The position numbers and the translations under genes were made by a program. The notes under the pieces are model-generated. The model made no database searches. It saw nothing but the letters and a program-made list of their open reading frames with translations, and had not been told where the DNA came from. 38,391 nt of DNA from Octopus sinensis (lineage: Eukaryota). The stretch is taken from positions 1 to 38,391 of the forward strand of contig NW_021835774.1 of assembly GCF_006345805.1 (NCBI RefSeq), given 5' to 3'. Positions 1 to 11,615 of this stretch are shown piece by piece; the first letter of the stretch is position 1, and each line of letters opens with the position of its first letter.

Positions 1-439
1 AGGGAGTAGAATGTGTGTCATTGTGACTACGTATGTGTATAGAACTGTGCAAGTGTGGAAGTATAACAGTGTTAGTGGGAGTGTGAGGGTTTGATGTATA
101 TGTATAATTGTTACATGGGTGGTGTGAATGTATGTGTGTGAGGAGGTGAGAGTGTATACAAGTGTGAGGGAGTAAAAGTATTCATGATGTATATAGTATG
201 GCATGAGCAAGGTGGGAGAAGTTGCTGATGTGTGCGCAAGTGCATAACAAAAGTATGTAGGAGTGTATAGCACATAATAAACAATTTCCAAGCATTGGGC
301 CACATGGAGCCAAAGGGAAATGACCCAAGACCCTTGGTAATATGCTGTGCTTGAGAAGAGACATTAGACGAAGTGAAATCATAGTCATGGCAGATATTGG
401 TGTCACACAATTTCCACCTGTGCCAATGGCACATAAAGA

Positions 440-600
440 CCACCCACTACACTCTCAGAGTGGTTGGCGTTAGGAAGGGCATCAAGCTGTAGAAATCATG
501 CCAAATCAGACTGGAATCCGGTGCAGCTACTCAGCTTATCAGTCCTGATCAATCCATGCCAGCATGGACAACTTACATTAGATGATGAAGACGATGACGA
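440..600 (+). mobile_element. SINE family D 3' portion, ending in a (GAT)n tail
   Basis: Contains ggttggcgttaggaagggcatc...gctgtagaaa...ccatgccagcatgg...gatgatga; the same body recurs at 9587, 18025, 21688, 24600 and 25518. Confidence 0.8.
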
Positions 601-900
601 TGATGATGATGCTGATGATGATGATGATGCTGCTGCTGCTGATGATGATGATGATGACGACGACGACGACTACTACAACGACAACGACGATGATGATGAT
701 TGATGATGCTGTGATGATGCTGATGATGATGCTGATGATGATGATGATGATACTGATGCTACAGATGCTGATGATGATGATGACAATGATGACGACGAGG
801 ATGATGACGACGATGATGATGACGACGAGGATGATGACGACGATGATGATGACGACGACGACGACAACAACACCGACGACGCCGACGAGGAGGAGAAGGA
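576..900. repeat. Expanded compound (GAT/GAC/GCT)n trinucleotide microsatellite
   Basis: Directly visible; continuous with the tail of the upstream SINE. Confidence 0.95.
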
Positions 901-1717
901 GGGAAATTTAGAAAATGGGAGAATATATACAAATTCCATGAAGAGAAGAGAAGTCTAAAGAAATTGGTTGAAGTTGCTAAAAATTACCATTTCATATCAT
1001 CAACTTCTCGTTTCCAAGTATTCTTTTCTGCTGGTGCCATGATTCTGATTAGAAGAGATCCCAATTGCCAGGAAGTGGCCCATGTAGTGTGGTTTCAAAG
1101 ACACATTTCACATGTGACTTGCAGGATCAGGCAACAAAACTGCAATGGACAACCATTGACCATAGCTTGAGCTGTGCCTTCTCAGCCAGTCCATCTGGCA
1201 TTGCTCTCTTTCACTCTTCCACCAGTTCAGCTGTTGAGAACATTTGTTTTGTTGTAGAGGACGTTTGCTATTTTTTCAAGGTATGCCCTTTAGATCTGCT
1301 CAGATTAGAGGAAACAGACCCTCTTTGTGAAAGTTTTAGCAGGGTCAGTCTTGCTACTAAATCAGAGATTCAGGTCTTTCTCTGAACGTGACTAGTCACC
1401 TAGCAGTATAAGAACCAGTATCTGAGGAGAGGCTACATGTTGTGCATCACTCAGGGAAGGGATACTACCTCTGCACTGTTTTTAAACCTGATAAAAATGA
1501 CACAACAATGGTAAAAGATCTGCACAGTTTGCCTGGGTGTCCAGAAGATGATATGAAACTGGTAACATCAAGGAAGGAGAAGATATGCATGAGATGAAGA
1601 GGTGAAAAGCATGATGTACACTCATATTATCGAAAGAAAAGGATGAAGAGAAGAGTGGAGAGTTAGGGGAATGAAACTGAAGATGAAGTAACGTGTGTGA
1701 ATGTGTATGTGTATGAG

Positions 1718-2070
1718 TCATCATCATCATTGTTCGACCGTGGTCGAGACAATGGAATTTACTATGTTGCACCAGACTTCACGGTCCATCAAGGCATTAC
1801 GGAGGTCCTGTTGCTGGATGCCTGTATCCCTGGAGATTACATCAGGGTAGGAGAGTGTGCGCCCTCTGGTATCGCGAGCAGATGGCTTCCAGAAGAGAAG
1901 AGTAGAAATTACCTCGTTTTCAGCTCTACAACAATGTCCAGCAAACTGGACTCTTCTACCTTTCACAAGAGATGACACAGTTGGTAGTTTCCCATATATT
2001 TGTACTTTGGTGGGATGATGCTTCCATGAGAGATTTTGAGTTCTCATAAGGACGCGAGTGTGGATGTCTG
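1718..2070 (-). mobile_element. 5'-truncated RTE-clade LINE: C-terminus of the RT ORF plus (TGA)n tail
   Basis: ORF 2047->1727 reads ...SWKHHPTKVQIYGKLPTVSSLVKGRRVQFAGHCCRAENEVISTLLFWKP..RGRTLSYPDVISRDTG..DLRNALMDREVW..IV, the typical post-RT RTE pattern (GH..R, LLW.P, GR, DR..W). The stop codon runs directly into tgatgatga; a terminal hairpin tcgacc-gt-ggtcga lies at 1734-1747. Confidence 0.85.
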
Positions 2071-2379
2071 CAAGCTAAAGAGTGAGTGGCTGTCAAGCAG
2101 AGGTGATAGGTGGAAGGGAAACGAAATGTGTGATTCAAAGCTGCCAAACAAAACAGGAGTGCCAAAGTGTAAAAGAATGCATGCATGTATGCGAGTGAGT
2201 GTGTCTGTGTATGTAAGCATTTATCTGTGAAGAGTAGACGTGTGTGGTTATGTTGTCTATGTGTCAGAGTACCAATGTGTGTGAGTGTATGAGTGTGTAT
2301 ATGTGCATATAAGTGAAAAATGTAAGATGGTTGGTAAACAGAGTTGAGTGTGTGAATATATGAAGAATAGGTGTGAGCA

Positions 2380-2711
<332 letters not shown>

Positions 2712-2814
2712 TGTGGGTGGGTAGATAAATACATACATTCATGCACATTTACATACATATGCATGCATGCTGAACAAAAGATGCAAGTCATAGAAGGAAT
2801 AAATCATATAAAAA

Positions 2815-3493
2815 TCTTGGCACAGACTATTGACAAGTTTATGACACCCCTACTTTGAAGGTTACCTCCATGCAAAACAAGAACAAGAGATCCCTGCCAA
2901 GAACCTACAGCACAAAAGGCAGAAAACATTGACAAATGACAAATGTAAGCTGAACAAAGTGAAAACTGAAAGTATCAATCATATTATTGCCAACTATAAG
3001 AGAATGTCTCTTAGATACTGCAGTGGCCAGAACAATCTGGAATAGAATAAGAATAAGGAAATAGCAGCACACAAAGTTGGCTATATTGAAATTTGAGAGT
3101 TAAAAGAATACTGGTGGAACTTGAAGATTAAAACAATCACCAAGTTAAGACACAGACAACCTGGTACTGCGTGGGACCATTAGAAAAAATTATGTTCTGT
3201 TGTGGAAATCAGCTAATCCCCACACACTAACATAGTCAGAAAAATACAGAAGTAAACAAGGACATTTATAAACCGGTGATAAGGAATTTGAAAATCCGGT
3301 CCCCAAGGTGATTTACAGTTTCATACCTATTATTACTGGAGCAAAAGTATATATACCAACCCATCTGGAGCAAAGTATGGCTGAATTTGGGTTTTTAGGG
3401 AGGGAGAAGAATTCCTTAATTCATACACTACAAATGATTGCAATATCTGGGACAATAAAGGTCTGCAAGACCTTCTTAACGTTTAAGGGATGA
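2815..3493 (+). mobile_element. Decayed 3' fragment of a non-LTR retrotransposon with restriction-like endonuclease (R2/NeSL/R4/Hero-type group)
   Basis: Across frameshifts: FEGYLHAKQEQEI, a degenerate CCHC knuckle KCKLNKVKTESINHII (2941-2988), EYWWNLKIKT..LRH (from 3106), VVEIS, FIPIITGA, and the terminal GTIKVCKTFLTFKG* (ORF 3308-3493). Confidence 0.75.
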
Positions 3494-3667
3494 TGAACAA
3501 AACAATAGCTGTTTCTTCACAATCTTGCTATACAGCAAGTGACCAGTCAAAATTCATGATGGAAGGAGGTCTTTACCCTTTCTAAAGAATATTTTACTTC
3601 GAGCTGTGCAGATAATACCAGACTGACTTGATGCCTCAACTTAATTTCCTAATTCAACTGAATCTTA

Positions 3668-3681
3668 ATTATTTATATATA

Positions 3682-3719
<38 letters not shown>

Positions 3720-3774
3720 CGCACACACACACACATATATATACATAATATATGTATATATACATATGTGTGTA

Positions 3775-3858
<84 letters not shown>

Positions 3859-3880
3859 ATACATATATTGTGTGTGTATA
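3668..3880. repeat. (TA)n/(CA)n/(TG)n compound microsatellite
   Basis: Directly visible. Confidence 0.95.
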
Positions 3881-3884
3881 CACT

Positions 3885-4032
3885 TAGTCGTATGGAGGTA
3901 ATTATCTCTGCTTGCCATGTGGGAGACCAGGAATTGATTCCTGCCTGAGAGGCATTTCTTCTTTCACTGGTGGTGCCTCAGCCTGGCCACAGCCTTAGGG
4001 CTGAAACATATAAAAGAATAAAAGAATAAAAG
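3885..4032 (+). mobile_element. Short SINE with a tRNA-Asp/Gly-like head and the shared '...ctgaaac..taaaagaataaaaga' tail
   Basis: gtcgtatggaggtaattatctctgcttgccatgtgggagaccaggaattgattcc aligns by eye to a tRNA-Asp/Gly body; it is followed by ggtgcctcagcctggccacag and an (AAAAGAAT)n tail like family A. Confidence 0.55.
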
Positions 4033-4072
4033 AACATACACTCATACACATACACATATCTATCTATACCTA

Positions 4073-4114
<42 letters not shown>

Positions 4115-4178
4115 TAATAATATTTTTATTACCAGTGGCCTAGTGTAAAAAAGTTAGTCAATAGACTATATATTATTC

Positions 4179-4616
4179 ATATAAAATACAGAGTACATCA
4201 AAACACATTAAGAGGCTTCCATCATAGGAATACTTTATGCTAGAAAGAACAGTTAAAACCCAAACCACTAATTAGGGATAAATTCTCGAAGGGAATGATA
4301 AATAGAAACATTTACCATCTAATTCCTGGACCATGGTTTCTGACTTATTTTAGTCGTTATCAACAGGGACGCCATAGATAGATTACTCTATGGCATCCCT
4401 GTTCATAATGACTTCGCCTGGTGGATAATAATTTTTATTTACTAAAATAAGTCAGAAACCATGGTCGAGGAATTAGATGATAAATGTTTTTATTTTTCAT
4501 TCCCTTCGAGAATTTATCCCTAATTAGTGGTTTGGACTTTAACTGTTCTTTCTAGCGTAAAGGATTCCTATGATGGAAGCCTCTTAATGTGTTTTAATGT
4601 ACTCTGTATTTTATAT
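4179..4616. mobile_element. Foldback/MITE-like element with 176-bp inverted arms
   Basis: 4179-4354 is the near-perfect reverse complement of 4441-4616; the spacer contains a second hairpin; flanks are TA-rich. Confidence 0.85.
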
Positions 4617-5099
4617 ATATATAACTATTGTTATATATATATAGCATGTATGTATGTATGTATATATTCATGAATACACAGAGGTGGAGGGATGGGATGA
4701 AGAGAGAGAATAGCAAGCACCACAAGTACATGAATATATGATGTGTTGAATTATGTGATACATGTTTTAAATGCATCTCTAACTTTAGTATAGAATTTTC
4801 TATAGAATGTATGTATAAAGTGTAATTGTATGGAAACATCCTCTGTTTGGAAATGCTGGCATTTTATACAATGACCTAAATTATTCTTCTTAATCCTCGA
4901 GAACAAGAATACTAGGCCAGATCATTTGGAGAGATTTCTAAAAATGGATGGATATTGCAAGCAGAATATTTCTAACAATAGTTAGAATTTTTTCTCCATT
5001 GCCACTTAAGATGTTGCTATGGCATTAGGTAAAGCCTTTTCTAACCACCCAACTTAGTGTTTGCAGATAGACTTATTCAGTGAAAATCCACCACATTAT

Positions 5100-5156
5100 G
5101 TATAAGTATGTGTAAGTGTGTGTATGTGTGTGTGAGCATGTGTGTATCTATCTATC

Positions 5157-5251
<95 letters not shown>

Positions 5252-5524
5252 TATATAAAAATATATTTGTATATGTATATACATACATATATATATATAT
5301 ACATGCATACGTACATACATTATATATAAATATATATATGTATGTACATAACATAGAAATAAATACATATATACATATATACATGTGTGTGTGGATGTGG
5401 GTGTGTGTATGCGTGATGTATATGTGTGTATGTATATTATATGTATATATATATATATACACATACATGTACATACATATATACATACACATATATACAT
5501 ATACATATATATATGTGTAATATA

Positions 5525-5558
<34 letters not shown>

Positions 5559-5610
5559 CTATATATATATATATATTATACACACACACATATATATATA
5601 ATATGTTGTA
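5100..5610. repeat. Compound (TG)n/(CT)n/(TA)n/(CATA)n microsatellite block
   Basis: Directly visible. Confidence 0.95.
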
Positions 5611-6254
5611 TATATGATAATGATATAAGAATAGAAAGCTTTTTGTACAACAATATTGGTTCTCCAGTTTTGGTAAAGAATACAACTAAGTGAGAAGTCC
5701 ATTTCTGTTTGTGTTTAAGGAAAAACAGTAATAAAAAAAAAAATTGAAAATAGATCAATACATAGAAGAAGCCTTTCAACAGAAAATTTTTAGCCATATT
5801 ATTTACTTTTTTTTAATCATTCTTTTATTTTACATATATTTTGTTATTGGTGTTAATCTAAGTATTGGGTGTAAAAATACATAGCTGCCAACACAAGAAG
5901 AATTTTGAAGTCTTATCCCTTTCCATGCTGGAATACAGATAATCCATTCTGTGACAGTCAAGACTAGACATCATTCCATGGCTGACTGGTTTTGTGTTGG
6001 GAAATATATTCAGCTGTAATAATTCAATAATTCTTGCCAAAATTAAATCTGCAGAATTTCGCATTCTCTGCTAGTTATGGAATGATGGATACAAAAGTGC
6101 AAAAGAAAGAAGCATTTCTTTTAGAATGAGAGAAAGAGAGAGAGAGAGAAAGAAGAGAGAGAGAGAGAGAGAGAAAGAAAGAGAGAGAGAAAGAGAGAGA
6201 ATGGTTGGCATATTTCCCAGAATTAGAAATGAGCCAATAGAGAAACCTTTAAAT

Positions 6255-6504
6255 CATTGGTTCTCAGCTGGGGTTTATATGGCCTTTAGGGGTCAATGTA
6301 AGATCTTCTTGTTAATATCTGCAATAAATTGGTTATAATTCTGCAATACACAAAATATTTATAAAATTTTTTAATACATTTTCTGATAATATTTAAGTAT
6401 AAAAATATCATAGAATTTTTAAGCATCAAATGGTTATGTGGATCCAGTAGAGTAAATAGGAACTAAAAGGGCCGAAGGGTAAAAAAAATGGTTGAGAACC
6501 ACTA
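6255..6504. mobile_element. hAT-type MITE
   Basis: Ends cattggttctcagc / gttgagaaccacta (CAGTGGTTCTCAAC-type TIR). Flanking 8-mers ctttaaat and cttaaaat match at 7/8, consistent with an 8-bp TSD. Confidence 0.75.
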
Positions 6505-6738
6505 CTTAAAATGGTTCTTTGACTTTTTAGAAATAACAAACCAAACCTCCTTCGATGAGACACTGAATGTTGTAGTCTTAGATATACAATGGCTGGGAGG
6601 CTTTTGATCATATGGCTTCATAATTAGGATTGATATGTAGCAAACAACAACAACCAGGTGAAGAGGAACTCTATGCAGTCACTTAACTTGCTAGAAACAG
6701 CAGCCAAATTTCTCTCAAGCAACACTTCACCATCTTAA

Positions 6739-6959
6739 CCCTTTAGCATTCAGATTACTCTGTTAAATGTAATACTTATTTATTCATTTTGTTTTGAATT
6801 AATCATGCCTTATGTTGGTAGCTTTGAGATTTCGATGGTGTGTTTGTTTAGATTTAGAATGACATTGTAGGGTAGGTGTAAGAGGCGGAATCTTGCCAGT
6901 TTGAACATAAAACAGCTGGAAAATTTGAGCTGGATATGGCCGGTTTAAACATTAAAGGG
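6739..6959. mobile_element. piggyBac-type MITE (221 bp)
   Basis: TTAA|CCCTTTA ... TAAAGGG|TTAA: TTAA target duplication and CCC/GGG termini. Confidence 0.8.
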
Positions 6960-7531
6960 TTAAACAAAGATAAAGAAGAATATGTTTGGGAATGTATTAA
7001 TACATATCTTCAAAAAAAGGGACGATTGTCACGGATGGAATGCCTTTGAAACAGCTGAGAGACTAGGTCAGTGGTTCCCATATTATAGTCCAGAGAATCC
7101 CTGGTGATTCACAAAGATTCAACAGAAAAGTATGAAGGAATGGTATCTGTGAGCTGTATTCCAAATTTTAAAAGACTGCTCATGTAAAATGCATAAATAA
7201 TTACATATAATTATTCAGTTACATAATTAATAATTACATATATCTATTTAGTTCCTTATGTCTTTCATTACAAAGATGAAAGTGGGAAAACGAGATTGTT
7301 GTTAGTTAATGAAATTAGTTTAATGTGCAAAATGTACTTTCAAAAGACTATGGACTAATGAGAAACTCATTGAAATACGAGGGGTCCTGGATAGTAGAAA
7401 GGTCAGTAGCAGGGGTCACTGACCTGTTACCAGTATTGTATTTTGTTCATAGTCAAGGCTGACAGTACCCAAGTCTGCATAGTTTTCTACGTAGACAAGT
7501 ACAGGTATATCAAATACCAAGTAATTAACAT

Positions 7532-7962
7532 AGGTACAGGTGTGATTGTGTGGAAAGAAGTTTGCTTCTCAACCACATGGTCCCAGGTTCAGTCCCACTG
7601 TGTAGAACCTTGGGCAAGTGTCTTCTGTTATAGCCAAGGTTGACCAGATCCTTGTGAGAGGACTTGGTAAATGGAAACTGAAAGAAGCCTGTTGTATGGG
7701 TGTGTGGGTGTGAGTGTGCATGTGTGTGTTTGAGCATGTGTGTGTGTGTGTGTCTTTTTGTATGTATTTGTCTCCCACCCCCACATGACAAGCAGTGTTG
7801 ACATGTTTACATCTCCGTAACTTAGCAGTTTGGCAAAAGTAACCAATAGAATAAATACTAGGCTTTACAGAAACATAAGTTCTGGGGATAATTCTTTTGA
7901 CTAAAATACTTCAAGGTGGTGTCCAGCATGGCCACTGTCCAATGACTGAACCAAAGAAAAGA
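7532..7962 (+). mobile_element. SINE family A, diverged full-length copy
   Basis: tRNA-like head (gtgtgg..ag...ggttcagtcccactg), ttgggcaagtgtcttct block, internal (GT)n, tail ccagcatggcc...aatgactgaa. Confidence 0.85.
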
Positions 7963-8029
7963 CCACAATAAAGATAATTCTTTGATCTATCAAAATTATC
8001 TTAGAGTTACCAAATCAAACAGGAAGAAG

Positions 8030-8362
8030 AAAGGCCCCTTTCCATCAGGAATGAGCATAGGATTGCACCTAGACGTTCCCCTCCAAGGCACAAGTCCAGG
8101 CAAGGTTGTTTTTTTTATGGGAGACCAAGAGTCGTCCATGCATACCAGCCTCCCTTCTCCATGCCTCCATGTTATCCAAGGGAAAGGCAAAGGCCGATAC
8201 AGCTTGGCGTCAGTGACATCACAAGTGATTTCTACAGCTGAGTGAACTGGAGTCACGTGAAATAAAGTGTCTTGCTCAAGAACACAACACACAGCCCAGT
8301 CCTGGAATCAAACTCACTCCCTCATGAGTGTGAGTCCAACATTCTAACCACTGAGCCATGTG
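8030..8362 (-). mobile_element. SINE family B (tRNA head plus CORE-like block)
   Basis: The reverse complement reads atggctcagtggttagaatg...gtgttgtgttcttgagcaagacactttatttcacg; homologous to 11403-11615. Confidence 0.85.
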
Positions 8363-8409
8363 ACAAATTAAGAACAGCTCCATATTAGAAGAGAAGATAA
8401 TCGCCAGAC

Positions 8410-8563
8410 CTTACAATCTGAATTCAAATGCCATTGGAATTGATTTTTGCTTTTCATCATTTTGAGTTTGATAAAATAACAACCAGTTGGCCACTGGGGT
8501 TGATGTAATTGACTCACCCTCTCACACAAAATTGCTGGCCTTGTGCCAAAATTTGAAACCAAC
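8410..8563 (+). mobile_element. SINE family C, 3' part
   Basis: ctgaattcaaat...gcttttcatc...gataaaataa..actggggttgatgtaattgact...ttgctggccttgtgccaaaatttgaaaccaa, matching the 33041-33667 units. Confidence 0.75.
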
Positions 8564-9170
8564 ATTATTCAGCAAGTTCTTCCAAACATTTACCAAAGTC
8601 GTATTCTTGAAATCCTTATATGCTTTAGGTAAGTGGAGACTTAATGTTGAAGGTTTGTAGATCCTGAGATGTAATGTTCCCTGCTTCACCTCCCATATCT
8701 TCATCCACATCATCTTCATCCTCCAACACAACCATTATTTTGTTCCCCAAAATCTTCCTTATACAGCCTCTTGCCAGCATTAATTATTCTCTAAGCCTGT
8801 GGCTGAATAACTGAAAATCTGTTAGGAGGCAAAAAAAGCCATCTTTACTTAAAAAACTTCTCAGCATTAGGGTAACCAAGAGTGTTGTCAAGACACAAAA
8901 TTACTTTTACATTATTAGATGAAATCTTCAGAACGTATTTCCCTTACTTTGTTTCTATTTTGTGTTTTGCTTTCTTCTGTCTTTCATATTGCTCCGGGGA
9001 ACAGCTCACTCACTCTTTCTCTGTCTCTCTCTCTCTCCTTCTCTCTCTATCTAGTTATCTAGCTATCTATGTATCTCTTTCTTTCTCTTACTATCTCTAT
9101 AAAAGCTATCCATTACGTCAGTAATCAAGAGAATCAGGGTTCATTAAACCAAAGGCTAATTGGATACATC

Positions 9171-9205
<35 letters not shown>

Positions 9206-9271
9206 TAGAGATAGATAGATATATGTGTGTATATGTGTGTGTATGTATGTATATATATATATGTGTGTGTG

Positions 9272-9321
<50 letters not shown>

Positions 9322-9586
9322 CTAGAGACAGCCTGACATCATCATTCTATTGAGCAAGCAGACAAAGTGTTGCTCTGTTCCTGCAGTTCCTCCCATTCTC
9401 AGATCTAGCTGTGTGGTTAAGAAACTCAATTTGCAACCACAATTTCACTCTGTGACAGCTTGTATAATTGTCTTGCACAATAGCTCCAAGTTAATTAATG
9501 CCTTTTGACAGAATTTTGTAGGCAGAAACTGAGTGGAAACCAATCATATGTAAGTGTATGTATGTATGCGTTTGTGTGTGTGTGTA

Positions 9587-9951
9587 TCATCATCATCATC
9601 ATCATCATCGTTTAACATCCGCTTTCCATGCTAGCATGGGTTGGACAGTTCGACCGCGGTCTGGGAAGCCAGGAGGCTGCACCAGGCCCAGTCTGATCTG
9701 GCAGTGTTTCTACAGCTGGATGCCCTTCCTAACGCCAACCACTCCGTGAGTATAGTGGGTGCTTTTTACATGCCACCGGCACAGGTGCCAGGTGAAGCTG
9801 GCAATGGCCATGATCGGTTGGTGCTTTTTACGTGCCACCAGCATGGAGGCCAGTCAAAGTGGCGCTGGCAATGGCCACGTTCGGATGGTTCATTTATGTG
9901 CCACCGGCACTGGTATCACAACTACAATTTCCATTGATTTTTGATCGATTT

Positions 9952-9953
<2 letters not shown>
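9587..9953 (-). mobile_element. SINE family D
   Basis: (CAT)n tail, ccatgctagcatgg palindrome, ggatgcccttcctaacgccaacc block, and internal tandem 'ttttacgtgccaccggca' subrepeats. Confidence 0.9.
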
Positions 9954-9991
<38 letters not shown>

Positions 9992-9993
<2 letters not shown>

Positions 9994-10370
9994 TGGGTAT
10001 TTATCGCCCGTGATGGTCTAATAAATTGTATCAAAAACTAATGCTGCTGATGATTTATAGATAGATATGTGATTATAATTGCATATTATGTTGATAAAGA
10101 AACAATTGTTCAGCATTAATCTATCTTTTCGTTGTATTTCGCTTTCCATACGTTGGAGGTAATGTTATTTCTTTTGTGGAAACAACTTCGGTGGCTATAC
10201 CAGAATAAGGAGCTATTTCTAGCACTAGAGTTAACCACTTAACGGTAACTCTCTTATATTTACGTATAAATTTGTATTGTCTCCCTGGTTTTTTATGTGC
10301 TAGGCCACTTGATGTTAAACTGATGGTATTATTAAATTAATATCTAATTTTTCACCCTCATTTATGAATG
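9992..10370 (+). mobile_element. Penelope-like pseudo-LTR/solo remnant embedded between (TA)n runs
   Basis: A 379-bp unique block bounded by (TA)n on both sides that carries a type I hammerhead motif. The Penelope assignment is inferred from the known hammerhead-PLE association. Confidence 0.6.
10039..10118 (+). ncRNA. Minimal type I hammerhead ribozyme
   Basis: Stem I taatgctg(10039-46)/cagcatta(10111-18), 8 bp; CTGATGA core 10047-53; stem II closed by tttat/ataaa; GAAA 10099-102; stem III AC-aatt-GT (palindrome ACAATTGT); cleavage triplet GUU with predicted cut at 10110|10111. Confidence 0.8.
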
Positions 10371-10699
10371 TATATATATATATATATTAAGGCAATCTTT
10401 ATATCCAACTTAATGTGGATGTTCTTTAAGAACACTAAATACTGCATTATTTACCTAGAGAGGACCTCTCATAAGGATGTATGTTCTGGTGCCTTTAGCA
10501 GATGATTCTCATCTGCCAATGATATATATATATGTGTGTGTGTGTGTTTATGCACCATACAGACATGACTTAATGCCATGGCAAAAAGAGGTCAATGGAA
10601 TACATACTATACTCTAGAAAAATATTTTATGTGGTCGTTTTGTTCAACTAAACACTTCAAGGGGATGCCCCTGCATCATGTATACTAATTTTCAAGTTA

Positions 10700-11000
10700 T
10701 TATCATTATAAAAAAAATTTCATTACCTGATCTGAATGCTTTTATCTAAACTATTTCTTGTCTCATCACAGACGAAACATATATTTTATTTCCTTGTCAA
10801 AGACTCTGTTACTTGATTGAGATATATTCGTGTGAACTAATTTTTTATTCCTATCATTTAAAAAAATTTTATGACCTGACCTGAATGTTTTTATATAAAC
10901 TATTTTTGACTCATCAGAGAAAATACATAAAACCTCAAAATTTTTTCTTATCATTGTCAAAGACTCTATCACTTGATTTGAATACATTTTTGTCAACTAC
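10700..11000. repeat. Two-copy diverged tandem duplication, period about 150 bp
   Basis: atcatt..aaaaaaatt..a.. cctga.ctgaatg.ttttat.taaactatt..tg.ctcatca.aga ... ttgtcaaagactct...acttgatt occurs at about 10700-10820 and again at about 10850-10980. Confidence 0.75.
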
Positions 11001-11153
11001 TTTTTTTTGACACCACAGAGAATACACAAAACCTTACACTTTACTTTTGAAAATCTTTTTAATTAAGTGAAACTGGTTAAGTTAATTAATACTTTTAAAA
11101 GACACCTGCATTTTCAAATTCTTTCCCTTATATCTTTACTCATGCGGTAACAC

Positions 11154-11204
<51 letters not shown>

Positions 11205-11324
11205 GTATGTATATATGTATATATATATGCATATATATAGATAGATAGATAGATAGATAGATGGATATAGATATATATACATATATATTTATACATATAT
11301 ATACATACATATATACATGCATAC

Positions 11325-11356
<32 letters not shown>

Positions 11357-11402
11357 AATATATACATATATATATATACACACATAGAGAGACACACACA
11401 TT

Positions 11403-11615
11403 ATGGCTTAGTAGTTAGAGTGTTGGGCTCACACTCATGAGGTAGTGAGTTCGATTCCCAGACCAGCTAGTGTGTTGTGCTCTTGAGCAAGACTCTTTAT
11501 TTCACGTTGCTCCAGTCCACTCAGCTGTAGAAATGAGTTGCAACATCACAGGTGCCAAGCTGTATCGTCCCCTTTGCCTTTCCCTTGGTTAATATTGTTG
11601 ATGTGGAGAGGGGTA
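11403..11615 (+). mobile_element. SINE family B, 3'-truncated
   Basis: A-box atggcttagtagttagag, B-box gagttcgattcc, CORE-like gtgttgtgctcttgagcaagac. Confidence 0.85.

Noticed and set aside
464-939. Poly-Asp, poly-Met/Thr and poly-Ser ORFs
   Set aside because: They are three frames of a (GAT/GAC)n expansion grown from a SINE tail; no splice context or unique coding sequence.
960-1490. Coding-like unique sequence and ORFs 964-1170 and 1065-1385
   Set aside because: Stops occur in all frames over the block and I recognise no motif; possibly an old retroelement remnant.
7069-7421. Possible second hAT MITE (cagtggttccc ... ggggtcactg)
   Set aside because: The terminal match is only about 5-6 bp and the flanking 8-mers do not match.
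8570-8800. Acidic minus-strand frame (MVVLEDEDDVDEDMGG...) and a plus-strand donor at 8628
   Set aside because: Short and low-complexity, with no consistent exon boundaries or identifiable homology.
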